A DNA stretch of 64,000 nt, taken from the NCBI GenBank assembly GCA_963765675.1, contig CAVXXK010000001.1:32001-96000 (forward strand), written 5' to 3'. The position numbers were made by a program, and so were the translations under genes. Positions 19,973-29,484 of the stretch are shown here, in pieces. Under the pieces are notes generated by a model that made no database searches, had not been told where the DNA came from, and saw only the letters and a list, made by a program, of their open reading frames with translations. This DNA is from an uncultured delta proteobacterium. GTDB lineage: Bacteria; Desulfobacterota; Binatia; Binatales; Binataceae. Positions within the stretch are counted from its first letter, which is position 1. The number at the start of each line of letters is the position of its first letter.

Positions 19973-21280
19973 TTAATTTCTTCGCGCAGTTACGCGCGCC
20001 GTGAGGCTGCCGTGCATCAGCCTTATGTCCAGTTCGTCGCCCAGCTCGACCGCTGCCGAATCGACAACCACTTTCGCGGTGCGCAGATCGGTGACGACGG
20101 CGTATCCGCGCTCGAGCACCTTGAGCGGCGACATCGAATCCATCCGGCCGGCGAGCTCTGCTACCCGAGATCGCCCCGCCGCGATCGTTTTCGCGCCTGC
20201 CGCCGCGAGCCTTTGTGCGAGGGCATTTGCGGCGAGTTCATCTTCACGCGCCCGCGTGCGCATCGCACGCGCCAGCGAGAGCACGGCGCGCGCGAGATTC
20301 TCGCGCGCCTCGATGAGCATCGCACCCGGATGCCGCAGCCTGACCGTGAGATCGTCGAGCGTCTCGCGTAGGCCGTCGAGCGTCCGCTCCATCGCAACCG
20401 ACAGCGACTCAGCCGCGGCGGCGACGCGTTCGGCGAGTTCGGCCTTGGCCGCGATCACCATCTGCGCGGCGGCGGTCGGCGTGGGCGCGCGAACGTCGGC
20501 CACGAAATCGGCAATCGTGTAGTCGATCTCGTGGCCGACGGCCGAGATGATCGGAATTACGGAACGAGCTATCGCGCGCGCGACGATCTCTTCGTTAAAC
20601 GCCCACAAATCTTCGAGCGAGCCGCCGCCGCGGCCGACGATCAGCACATGGGCGCGGCCGTCGCGGTTGAGATCGTCGATCGCCTCGGCGATGTCACTCG
20701 CCGCGAATTCGCCCTGCACGATCGCGGGGCGGAAAATCAGATGACGGTCGGGATAACGATCACCGAGCACGCGCAGGATATCGCGCAAACCGGCGCCCGA
20801 GCGCGCGGTGACGATTCCGATCACCGTCGGCAAAAACGGAATCGGGCGTTTGCGTTCGGCGGCGAACAGGCCCTCAGCTTCGAGCCGCTTCTTGAGCTGC
20901 TCGAAGGCGAGCTGCAGTGCGCCCGCGCCGCGCGGCTCGACCGCGTCGGCGATAACCTGCAACTGGCCGCGCGCCTCGAACAGGTTTGCGCGCCCTCGCA
21001 CCAGGATCGCCATCCCGTCAGCGACGCGGAATTTGGTCCTCGCGTACGCGCTCTTGAACATCACGACGCTGATCGAGCTGCGGTCATCCTTGAGCGTGAA
21101 ATAGAGATGCCCGGAGCCGGGGATGCGCGTGTTCGAGACCTCGCCGGTCACCCAGAATTCATCGAGGCTGGCTTCGAGGGTGCCGCTGATGAGCCGCACC
21201 AGCTCGGTGACGCCGAGCGCCTTGCGCGGCGCGGGAGCCGCGGGCGGCAGCGTCAAATTGAGTTGTGCGTCGGTCGGCAT
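19973..21280 (-). CDS. xseA: Exodeoxyribonuclease VII large subunit
   Basis: SGHLYFTLKD, GRGGGSLEDLWAFNEE, SAVGHEID and APTPTAAA motifs. Confidence 0.95.
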   Translation of the reverse strand: MPTDAQLNLTLPPAAPAPRKALGVTELVRLISGTLEASLDEFWVTGEVSNTRIPGSGHLYFTLKDDRSSISVVMFKSAYARTKFRVADGMAILVRGRANLFEARGQLQVIADAVEPRGAGALQLAFEQLKKRLEAEGLFAAERKRPIPFLPTVIGIVTARSGAGLRDILRVLGDRYPDRHLIFRPAIVQGEFAASDIAEAIDDLNRDGRAHVLIVGRGGGSLEDLWAFNEEIVARAIARSVIPIISAVGHEIDYTIADFVADVRAPTPTAAAQMVIAAKAELAERVAAAAESLSVAMERTLDGLRETLDDLTVRLRHPGAMLIEARENLARAVLSLARAMRTRAREDELAANALAQRLAAAGAKTIAAGRSRVAELAGRMDSMSPLKVLERGYAVVTDLRTAKVVVDSAAVELGDELDIRLMHGSLTARVTARRN

Positions 21281-21363
21281 ATGGGCAGAGCGCGATTACG
21301 CATCGTTCGCCCTAAACTTACCAGATGAGACAAGTGCACTCCTACTGGGATAGCGACTCTGAT

Positions 21364-21494
21364 GTGTCATTCCCGCGCGCGTTGCTGCCGCGTGCGAGGA
21401 GTCCCGGATCTCTTGCGATTACGGCAGACACGCCGCCGGTTGAAGACTTGCGGCGTTCGCAGAGTCCGGGCTTTCTCCCTTCGGTCGAAATGAC
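21364..21494. repeat. REP-like repeat family B, paired copy (GTCATT...GAAATGAC)
   Basis: Inverted GTCATT/AATGAC ends; left half matches 14650-14690. Confidence 0.6.
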
Positions 21495-21520
21495 GAATCG
21501 AGTCTCACTGGGCAGCAAAG

Positions 21521-22669
21521 CTACCTGCCGATGCCAAGGCGGACGCGGGCGTAGGTTTCGGCGGACGAATCGAAATCGATACTGGCGTGCTGCGCGCCTA
21601 CGTTGATGTTGCGGAACGCGGCCTGGAGTGGACTCGACTCGTACACTGAATGCGCTCCCGATCCGGAATAGAGCCGCGCGACGGCGCGACGGCATAGCTC
21701 GGCTGAATATGCAGCGTTCCACTTCACCCGCGCACGCTCCGCGAAGTTCATGCCCGCGCCTATTTCCATCAAACGCTCGAACTCGTTTTGCGTGTCGCCC
21801 TCGAGCAGCTCCGCACTGCGGATTTCCGCCGCCGCCTCAGCCAGGCGTATCTGGGTCGGGGCGTGCTCGGCCTTGCTCGCGCCGGTCAGGATCACGCGGC
21901 GCTCGCGCGTTCGCTCGATAAATTTGTCGAGCGCGAATTTCGCCGAGCCCAGCACCGCGGTCGCGACCGAATTCGAGAGCATCGCCTCGGCCGACAGCCG
22001 GTAGAGATTGCTCGCGTGATTGCGCGCGTGCGGACTCGATCCGCCGAACAGCACGCGCGTGTCGATCGCGCGATACGTCGGCACAAAGACTCCGTGCGCG
22101 ACCAAATCCTTGCTGCCCGAGCCGCGCAACCCGAGCACGCGCCAGGTATCGTCGACCTCGATCACATCGCGCGGGATCACGACGTGAACTTTGGGTCCGC
22201 GCGTCTGCGAATCGGCGCATCCGAGCATCACCCAGTCGGCATGGTCGATCCCGCTGCCGAATTGCCATCGCCCATCGATACGGTAGCCGCCATCGACGTC
22301 GCTCGCCGTCCCCTGCCACGAGAGCGTACCCGCGACCAGACCGTCGCTGCCGCCCGTGAAGACGTCATCCTGCGCAGCTTCGGGAAACGAGCCCATGCAC
22401 CAATGATGCGCCCCCATCACCATCAGCACCCATCCGCTCGACGGACACGCCATCGAGATCGTCGTGACGGCGTCGGCAAGGGTGCGGAGCGTAAGCTCGT
22501 AGCCGCCGGCGCGCGCGGGAATCGGGATCCGGAACATTCCCGCGTCGCGCAGGATGCGCATGCTCTCGGGCGCGAGCATCCGCGCCTCGTCGGACGCGCG
22601 CGCATTGCGCTCGAGCGCGGGCGCAATCTCCGCGACCCGGCGCAAAACTTCCGCGCGATCGATTTTCAT
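21521..22669 (-). CDS. Flavin-dependent monooxygenase, acyl-CoA dehydrogenase fold (HsaA-like)
   Basis: CPSSGW, GRWQFGSG.DHADW and W.VLGLRGSGS motifs. Confidence 0.85.
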   Translation of the reverse strand: MKIDRAEVLRRVAEIAPALERNARASDEARMLAPESMRILRDAGMFRIPIPARAGGYELTLRTLADAVTTISMACPSSGWVLMVMGAHHWCMGSFPEAAQDDVFTGGSDGLVAGTLSWQGTASDVDGGYRIDGRWQFGSGIDHADWVMLGCADSQTRGPKVHVVIPRDVIEVDDTWRVLGLRGSGSKDLVAHGVFVPTYRAIDTRVLFGGSSPHARNHASNLYRLSAEAMLSNSVATAVLGSAKFALDKFIERTRERRVILTGASKAEHAPTQIRLAEAAAEIRSAELLEGDTQNEFERLMEIGAGMNFAERARVKWNAAYSAELCRRAVARLYSGSGAHSVYESSPLQAAFRNINVGAQHASIDFDSSAETYARVRLGIGR

Positions 22670-22779
22670 CGCGGTATGGTTCCTCCCTGCACGATTCACT
22701 CCTAACCCGCGCGCGACGCGTCCGGCAACTGCCGCGGGTGCCTCGCGCGGCGCGGCGGCGGTGTGCTAACAAGCCGCGT

Positions 22780-24141
22780 ATGGCGTCGATGAAATTTCCT
22801 GAGGGATTTTTGTGGGGCACCGCGAGCGCCTCTTACCAGATCGAAGGAGCGTGGGACCACGACGGCAAGGGCGAATCGATCTGGGACCGCTTTTCACACA
22901 CACCCGGCCGGATCAAAAACTCGTGGACCGGCGACGTCGCGTGCGATTTCTACCATCGCTTCAAGGACGATATCGCGCTTGAGGCCGAACTCGGGCTGAA
23001 TGCCTCGCGCATCTCGCTTTCGTGGCCGCGCATCATGCCCGAAGGCAAGGGGCGCATCAACCAGAAGGGAATCGACTTCTACAAACGCGTCGCCGACGAA
23101 TTGCTCGCACGCAAGATCCAGCCTTGGGTCACGCTCTATCATTGGGATCTGCCGCAGGCGCTCGAGGAGCTCGGCGGATGGACCAATCGCGATCTCGCGG
23201 GCTACTTCGGCGACTATGCCGCCGCGTGCGCCGACGCGCTCGGTGATCGGGTCAAGCATTGGATGGTCTTCAACGAGCCGTGGATTTTTACCATCTTCGG
23301 CTACCTACTCGGTAATCATGCGCCCGGCCGGCGTGACGGCGCGCAGGCGATCCGGGCGACGCACGTCGTCAACCTGGCGCAGGGACTCGGGGTGCGCGCG
23401 CTGCGCGAGTCGCGTCACAAGCCGGCGGCGGTCGGAACCGCGTTCAGCATGTCGTCGGTCGAGCCCAACACCAATTCGCCCGAAGATAAAAGCGCCGCCG
23501 AACGATGGCATAGATTCAATAACCTGTGGTTCCTCGACACGGTGATGAAGGGTGAATATCCGAGGATCTACGACACCGGCGACGTCGCCGACCGGGTCGA
23601 TATGCGGCCCGGTGATATGGAGACGATCAAGGCGCCGCTCGATTTTATCGGAATCAATCTCTACTTCCGGAGCATTGTCGCGCACGACAACAACGCCGCG
23701 ACACTCAACGTGCGGCAGATTCATCCGGAAACCAAGGAGCTGACCGATTTCGGATGGGAGATTTCGCCGCGCGCGCTTTCGGACATGACGAAGACGATCG
23801 CCGCCGACTATCCCGGCCTGCCGATCTATATCACCGAAAACGGATGCTCTTACGGTGACGCGCCGGGCGCCGACGGACGGGTGCATGACACGCGGCGGAT
23901 CGATTTCACCCGGCGCTATCTGGCGGAGCTATGGCGCGCGATCGAGAAAGGCGCCGACGTGCGCGGCTACTTCCATTGGACGTTGACGGACAATTTCGAA
24001 TGGGCGGAAGGCTTCGCGCAGCGCTTCGGAATCGTCTACTGCGACTTCGATACTCTTGCCCGGACCGTCAAGGACAGCGGGCGATGGTACGGGCAGATCG
24101 CGCGTAACAACGCGCTCGATCGCGACCCGGGCGCGCAATGA
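22780..24141 (+). CDS. GH1 beta-glucosidase
   Basis: FLWGTASASYQIEG, FNEP, ITENG and DNFEWAEG motifs. Confidence 0.95.
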   Translation: MASMKFPEGFLWGTASASYQIEGAWDHDGKGESIWDRFSHTPGRIKNSWTGDVACDFYHRFKDDIALEAELGLNASRISLSWPRIMPEGKGRINQKGIDFYKRVADELLARKIQPWVTLYHWDLPQALEELGGWTNRDLAGYFGDYAAACADALGDRVKHWMVFNEPWIFTIFGYLLGNHAPGRRDGAQAIRATHVVNLAQGLGVRALRESRHKPAAVGTAFSMSSVEPNTNSPEDKSAAERWHRFNNLWFLDTVMKGEYPRIYDTGDVADRVDMRPGDMETIKAPLDFIGINLYFRSIVAHDNNAATLNVRQIHPETKELTDFGWEISPRALSDMTKTIAADYPGLPIYITENGCSYGDAPGADGRVHDTRRIDFTRRYLAELWRAIEKGADVRGYFHWTLTDNFEWAEGFAQRFGIVYCDFDTLARTVKDSGRWYGQIARNNALDRDPGAQ

Positions 24142-24740
24142 CGCCCGCAATGAACGGCGCGGAAATCCTGGTCTGGATCCACGTGCTCGCCTGGGCCGCC
24201 TACTTCGGCGCTCAGTTCGCGGTCATCTATATGCTGATGCCCGCGGCCGAGGGCGCGCCCGACGAGGCGCACCGCCGCGCGAGCTTGATAACCGGCTTCA
24301 AATTTTACAATCCGTTTTCGATCGGGATGCTGGGGATCGTCGTGATCACGGGCGCGATGCGGCTGACCGATCTCAAGGCGGAGATGAAGTTCGATTACTT
24401 TGCGCGAATCGGAGAGCCGCTCGCGATAAAGCTAGGGCTCGCGTTTCTGCTGATCTTCATCCAGACCTACATCACGTTCGGCTTATCATTCAGAATCGGC
24501 CGGCAGGAAGAGGTTGCCGCACACGGCGACGGACCTGCGTTCACGGTCGAGCAGTTGAACTCGATGCTGAAGCGGATTCGCGCGATGATCTGGGTAACGA
24601 TCGTACTGACTGCCGCGGTGGTACTCGTGTCGCTGACTATTGTGCGGCGCGCGGCGGATGAGGCGACTACTGAGTCGCGCATCTCCGCGCGCGCCGCATT
24701 GGATTTGGACTTTACCCGGCCGCAGGTTCCAGCCGGTTAG
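24138..24740 (+). CDS. CopD/DUF4149-like membrane protein
   Basis: Four TM helices, WIHVLA, TG..., KL.L pattern; ATGA coupling to the GH1 gene. Confidence 0.6.
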   Translation: MTPAMNGAEILVWIHVLAWAAYFGAQFAVIYMLMPAAEGAPDEAHRRASLITGFKFYNPFSIGMLGIVVITGAMRLTDLKAEMKFDYFARIGEPLAIKLGLAFLLIFIQTYITFGLSFRIGRQEEVAAHGDGPAFTVEQLNSMLKRIRAMIWVTIVLTAAVVLVSLTIVRRAADEATTESRISARAALDLDFTRPQVPAG

Positions 24741-24777
24741 GCGGCGCGCGCGTCGCAGGCGACCCTTGCCAGATCGC

Positions 24778-24957
24778 TCAGGCGAGCGCGAGGAACGAGC
24801 AGACGAGATAGGCGAGCGTGATGAGCCCAAACGCCACGCCGGGAAGCTCGGTAAGGAAGCTATTCTGCGCGTAACGGATGTAGTCAGTCGGCGCCGCCGT
24901 CTCAGTCGCGGGCGTCAGTCCTGCAAACCGGGTACGGTTGGTGGTCGTCGCATTCAT
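24778..24957 (-). CDS. 59-aa single-TM microprotein, paralog 3
   Basis: MNATTTNRTRFAGLTPATETAAPTDYIRYAQNSFLTELPGVAFGLITLAYLVCSFLALA*; SD GGGAG; below the ORF-track cutoff. Confidence 0.85.
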   Translation of the reverse strand: MNATTTNRTRFAGLTPATETAAPTDYIRYAQNSFLTELPGVAFGLITLAYLVCSFLALA

Positions 24958-24990
24958 GGTCGTAATTCTCCCGTGAGTTATCTTTTCGTG

Positions 24991-25170
24991 TTATGCCAAT
25001 GCCAGCAGGGACATCGCGATGTACGCCAGCGTGATAATTCCGAACGCCAGGCCCGGAAGCTCCGTCAGGAAGCTGTTCTGGGCGTAACGGATGTAGTCGA
25101 TCGGCGCCGCCGTCTCAGTCGCGTGAGTCAATCCTGCAATCTCGGTACGGTTGGTGGTCGTCGCATTCAT
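24991..25170 (-). CDS. 59-aa single-TM microprotein, paralog 2
   Basis: MNATTTNRTEIAGLTHATETAAPIDYIRYAQNSFLTELPGLAFGIITLAYIAMSLLALA*; SD GGGAG. Confidence 0.85.
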   Translation of the reverse strand: MNATTTNRTEIAGLTHATETAAPIDYIRYAQNSFLTELPGLAFGIITLAYIAMSLLALA

Positions 25171-25201
25171 GGTCGTCTTCTCCCTTCGATTGTTTCGGTT
25201 G

Positions 25202-25381
25202 TTATGCCAAGGCCAGCAGGGAAGTCACGATGTACGCCAGCGTGAGCAGCCCAAACACGAGTCCCGGCACTTCGTCGAGCCAGCTGTACTGCGCCAGCCG
25301 AACGGCATCGGTCGACGCCGCGGCTTCTGCCACTTCCTCATACCCAGCCAGCCTTGCCTCATTGGTCGTCGTCGCGTTCAT
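25202..25381 (-). CDS. 59-aa single-TM microprotein, paralog 1
   Basis: MNATTTNEARLAGYEEVAEAAASTDAVRLAQYSWLDEVPGLVFGLLTLAYIVTSLLALA*; SD GGAGG. Confidence 0.85.
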   Translation of the reverse strand: MNATTTNEARLAGYEEVAEAAASTDAVRLAQYSWLDEVPGLVFGLLTLAYIVTSLLALA

Positions 25382-25416
25382 TTTAAGTTCCTCCGAAACT
25401 TGACTTCGGGAGGTAA

Positions 25417-25432
25417 AGCAGGACCTGTGCCA
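25417..25432 (-). promoter_or_regulatory. Sigma54 (-24/-12) promoter for the microprotein operon
   Basis: Minus strand TGGCAC-AGGTC-CTGCT with exact GG-N10-GC spacing, ~35 nt upstream of the first ATG. Confidence 0.7.
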
Positions 25433-25693
25433 TTGGAAAAACTCTCGATTTCAGAAGGATTTTGCTTTCGCAGCCTGTGCATAATCTCAGTCAAAAGCCA
25501 AATAGTTAAGGATTTGTAAGGATTTTTCTGGAATCGCGTTTTGCGATACGCAAATTTCTTGTTTTCGACATTCGCGTGAATTTTCGGTTTTTGCGAAACA
25601 CTGCAAGCAATCCAATGCAGTAAACTGATTGCATTAGACCCTCCTTCACGGAGTCTTTTAACCGTCATCACAATCTGCGACAGTGCCTTCATC

Positions 25694-26455
25694 ATGGACG
25701 ACACGCCACCTGCTCCTTCGCCTCGCACGACCGGCGAGCTAATTGCTCCGACCGCAATCGCATCCGACGCGCCCCAGAGCGACCACCGGACCGCATTGAC
25801 CCGCGAGTCGATTGTGCGCTTCGGCGAGCAAATCATTTTCGTCACGGCGGTCGTCGGCGCGGTGGCGCTCGGGCTCGGTATCACCGACTACTTTCGCGAC
25901 CACCGGTACATCTCGGCCTATCTGATCGCGTACATCGGATTTCGTTTTGCGGAACTGATGGTCGGCGAGGATCCGCGGCATCCGGCCGAGGCTGCCCAGG
26001 CGCACGCGCAGCGCATCCAGACCCAGATCGCGGTGCTGATATTGTTTGCGGCCGCTCCGTTCGAGCGGACCTATCTATACGGCGGCGACCCGGAGAAATG
26101 GGTTGGCGCACTTGGACTGTTGCTCGAGCTTGGCGGCCTGTGGCTCGCGCTGGGAGCGCGTATCCAGTTGCATTTTTTTTCGTCCGACAAAAGCGGACGC
26201 GAACGGATGATCCTCGTAAAGACCGGATTTTTCCGCTACGTGCGCCATCCGGTTTACGCCGGCGTGCTGCTGGTGATGCTCGCGTGGCCGCTCGTGTTTG
26301 CGGCGCCGATCGTCGCGATCGCGACGCTGGCCGTGGGACTCACTATCGCGCGGCGTCAAATTCGCGCCGACGAAGCGATTCTGGCCGCGCGCTTTGGCAA
26401 AGAGTTCGAGGAATACTGTCACACGACGGACGCGCTCATCCCGAGCATCTGGTGA
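25694..26455 (+). CDS. Isoprenylcysteine carboxylmethyltransferase/PEMT family membrane protein
   Basis: LVKTGFFRYVRHPVYAG and DE..L..RFG.EFEEY....LIP motifs. Confidence 0.85.
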   Translation: MDDTPPAPSPRTTGELIAPTAIASDAPQSDHRTALTRESIVRFGEQIIFVTAVVGAVALGLGITDYFRDHRYISAYLIAYIGFRFAELMVGEDPRHPAEAAQAHAQRIQTQIAVLILFAAAPFERTYLYGGDPEKWVGALGLLLELGGLWLALGARIQLHFFSSDKSGRERMILVKTGFFRYVRHPVYAGVLLVMLAWPLVFAAPIVAIATLAVGLTIARRQIRADEAILAARFGKEFEEYCHTTDALIPSIW

Positions 26456-26485
26456 GCTTGGCAAAAACCAATTCGCGATACGTGA

Positions 26486-27058
26486 TTATGCGGTGCGGGC
26501 GCGGCGCTGGCAGCGGACTTGATTGCAAAACTTCTCGTCGGCGCGCGCGGCGATGAATTCGCTGCCACATCGCGCACACTTCACGATCGATTCTCCCGCC
26601 GCGAGCTGCGGCGGGGGCGCGGATTGCGCCACCGCGGCGGTCATGCTCTCGGTCGATTCGCCGTGCGCGCCGAGAGTTGCCAGAGCGTCGGCGCGTTCGT
26701 TGAGATCGTCGCCGGCGTGGCCGCGCACCCATTCGAATTCGACCTTGCGCTGCGCAGCTTCGGCGTCGAGCTGGCTCCACAGCTCCAGGTTCGCTTTGCG
26801 TTTCCATGCGCGCGTCATCGTGTTGACGACGTACTGGCTGTCGCTGCGCAGGATCACGCGCGCGCCAGGCTGGATCGCGCGCAAGGCCTGAATCGCCGCG
26901 GTCAGCTCCATCTGGTTGTTGGTGGTATGGCCGCCGTGGCCGTTGATCTCGCGGCGCGATCCGTCGGGCGCAATAATCACGACGCCCCATCCGCCGCGCC
27001 CGGGATTTCCATGGCACGCGCCGTCGGCGTACGCGAGATAGGCATCGCGAGAGGGCAT
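26486..27058 (-). CDS. rnhA: Ribonuclease HI with C-terminal Cys motif
   Basis: DGACHGNPGRGGWG, TTNNQMEL, SDSQY, WVRGHAG and NERADALA motifs. Confidence 0.92.
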   Translation of the reverse strand: MPSRDAYLAYADGACHGNPGRGGWGVVIIAPDGSRREINGHGGHTTNNQMELTAAIQALRAIQPGARVILRSDSQYVVNTMTRAWKRKANLELWSQLDAEAAQRKVEFEWVRGHAGDDLNERADALATLGAHGESTESMTAAVAQSAPPPQLAAGESIVKCARCGSEFIAARADEKFCNQVRCQRRARTA

Positions 27059-27067
27059 CGTGAGATT

Positions 27068-28526
27068 CTACGCTGCGCCCCGCGTACGAGTTAAGGCGTC
27101 GAACCAATCGAGATAGCGGCGTGCGGATTGCGCCCAGGAAAAATCCTGCGCGAAGCAGTTCGTCACGAGCTTGCGCCACGCCGGCGGCTTCGCGAATGCG
27201 GCGGTCATCCGCGTGATCGCGGCGACCAACTCGTCGGCGGTCATATTTCTCGAACACAAAACCGGTTCCGCGTCCGGTCGCGGGATCAAATTCGGTGACG
27301 GTGTCGCGCAAGCCTCCGGTCGCGCGGACGATCGGCGCGGTGCCGTACTTGAGCGCGTACATCTGGGTCAGCCCGCACGGCTCGAACCGCGACGGCATCA
27401 GGAACGCGTCGCAGCCAGCCTGGATGCGATGCGCCATCGGGTTGTCGAATTCCAGAATCACGCGGAACTGGTCCGGGAAGCGTTTGCGCGCGGCGCTGAA
27501 AAATTCCTCGAGCGCCTTGTCGCCACTCGCCAGCATCACGAGCTGCACCCCGAGCGCCATCACCTCGTCGAGCGCGTCGCGCAACAGGTCGCAGCCCTTT
27601 TGCGTGGTAAGCCGCGTGACCATCCCGATAAGCGCGCGATCGTCCCATCCCGGCAGTTCGAGCGAGTCGCGCAGGTCGCGCGCGCATACGCGCTTGCCGT
27701 CGGGCATCGCCGGCGTATATTGCGCGGCGATCAGATCGTCGTGCGCGGGGTTCCATTCGCGATAGTCCGCACCGTTCAAGATTCCCACAAAGCGCTCGCC
27801 CTTGTTCCGCAGCACGCCTTCGAGGCCAAAACCGAGATCAGGATCGGCGGTGACTTCGCGCGCGTAGCTCGGGCTGACGGTCGAGACACCATCGGCGAGG
27901 ATGATTGCGCCCTTCATCAGATTCATGCGGCCGAAGAATTCGAGCCCGTCGATTCCGAAGTACGCGGGATCGATTCCGAGCAGCGGAAATTTCGCGGCGT
28001 CGTAGATTCCCTGGAAGGCAAGATTGTGAATCGTAAAGGCGGTCGTGGCGCGCGCAAAACGTTCGCGTATCGCCGCGTCGGCGCGCGCAACGATCGGCGC
28101 GACCGCGGCATGCCAGTCATGCGCATGCAAAACGTCGGGCCTGATAATTTCGGCGGCCGCCATCGCAGCGGCTTTTCCGAAGAAGGCGAAGCGGCGCAGA
28201 TTGTCGGGAAAGTCGCCTTCCTTGTCGCCGTATACTCCGTCGCGCGCGAAGAACTCCGGATGGTCGATCATAAAGATCGGCACGCCGTGGGAATCCTCGG
28301 CGCGCAGCACGCGGAACCGATGCGCCTCAGCGCCGAGATGCGCCGTCATCGCGGGGCCGACCGGCTCCGCCTTGAGCTTCGAGGTGATTGACTTGTAACC
28401 GGGAACGATAACGGCAGCCTCGGCGCCCGAATCTTTCAATGCGGCCGGCAGCGCACCGATGACATCGGCGAGTCCGCCGACTTTCGCCCACGGAGAAATT
28501 TCTGCTGCGACGATCGCGATCTTCAC
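27068..28526 (-). CDS. glgA: Glycogen synthase (apparent +1 frameshift near 27240)
   Basis: KVGGLADV, HAHDWH, MPSRFEPCGLTQ; C-terminal DFSW.QSA..Y lies in another frame. Confidence 0.9.
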
Positions 28527-28610
28527 TACATGATCAGTAAAACATCAGAAGCCATCGCGCGCCAGAGAATCATATGAGGCGCGGCTCTTTCTGAAACCCT
28601 CTCCTTCGAA

Positions 28611-29447
28611 TCAGGGATAGAGCTTTACCGACTCCACATCCGAGCGAAATGCTGTGGTAGACAACGCGAAGCGCGGCGACGATGAGCAGTTCAATGCGGG
28701 CGCATGCAGGATCATCGGATGCACGAGGATTACGTCGCCGGGTTCGCCGGTCATCTCAACCACCCGCACCTCGACTCCGTCAATCACCGTTCCCTCACTC
28801 ATAAACCTCTGAACCCGATTCCCTGCCTCGTCCATCGAGCACAGCTTCTTCACCCAAGGATGTGCGCTGATCAGACGCTTGCGAGCATCATGAGAAGAGA
28901 GACGTTCGTCCTCGCGCACGAGCTTTTGGACGAGCCGATGCGAGCCGGCCACGAAGAGAGTCCCGCCCATCATCGGCGACAATTTCGCCAGGCATGTGAA
29001 GATCCGCACCGCCGTGAGTCCCAATGAAGAATGCGATGCGGGAAGATCCAGGTGCCAGGCGCTGCTCGGAACGTCCCACTGGCCCGTGGATTCCGGAAAC
29101 GTGACGAGAAGCGATCCCCATCGCTTCGGTCGTTGCCACTGTCCCGAGCCCAGAAGTTCATCAATCGCGCCACAGACAACAGCGTTACCGACTTGTTCGA
29201 ACGTCACCGACTTGGGCAGGTGACGAGTGCCAAGGAACCCATGAGTTGCGCGAGTCTGCTCCATCCGAGTGCTTCCAGCCTTGGGTTCCGGCCAGGTATT
29301 CGGTGCGTCGCGGTGGATGTAGTGTCGGTCGCGAAGGCAGTTCCAGATCGTCCGCAGCATATCCTCGGCGGCAGATTCGGCGACGGCGCCGCGCATTCGG
29401 ACAATTCCGCTTCGATCGAATTCCTGCCGCTGTTCAGTCGTAAGCAT
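28611..29447 (-). CDS. Phytanoyl-CoA dioxygenase (PhyH) family 2OG-Fe(II) protein
   Basis: WHLD, GGT..AGSH and GDVILVHP.ILH motifs; SD GAGGTG. Confidence 0.8.
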   Translation of the reverse strand: MLTTEQRQEFDRSGIVRMRGAVAESAAEDMLRTIWNCLRDRHYIHRDAPNTWPEPKAGSTRMEQTRATHGFLGTRHLPKSVTFEQVGNAVVCGAIDELLGSGQWQRPKRWGSLLVTFPESTGQWDVPSSAWHLDLPASHSSLGLTAVRIFTCLAKLSPMMGGTLFVAGSHRLVQKLVREDERLSSHDARKRLISAHPWVKKLCSMDEAGNRVQRFMSEGTVIDGVEVRVVEMTGEPGDVILVHPMILHAPALNCSSSPRFALSTTAFRSDVESVKLYP

Positions 29448-29484
29448 TGAGCACCTCACTTTTGATTATTTACATCCGCTCCAA

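Noticed and set aside
24778-25381. Tandem ~210-bp repeats as a CRISPR array, or plus-strand ORFs 24640-25245 and 25151-25519
   Set aside because: The units are diverged coding paralogs on the minus strand; no short identical repeats with unique spacers and no cas genes; the plus-strand ORFs are shadows
25389-25413. Hairpin occluding the SD of the first microprotein gene
   Set aside because: If the sigma54 promoter is real, most of the anti-SD arm lies upstream of the predicted TSS and would not be transcribed
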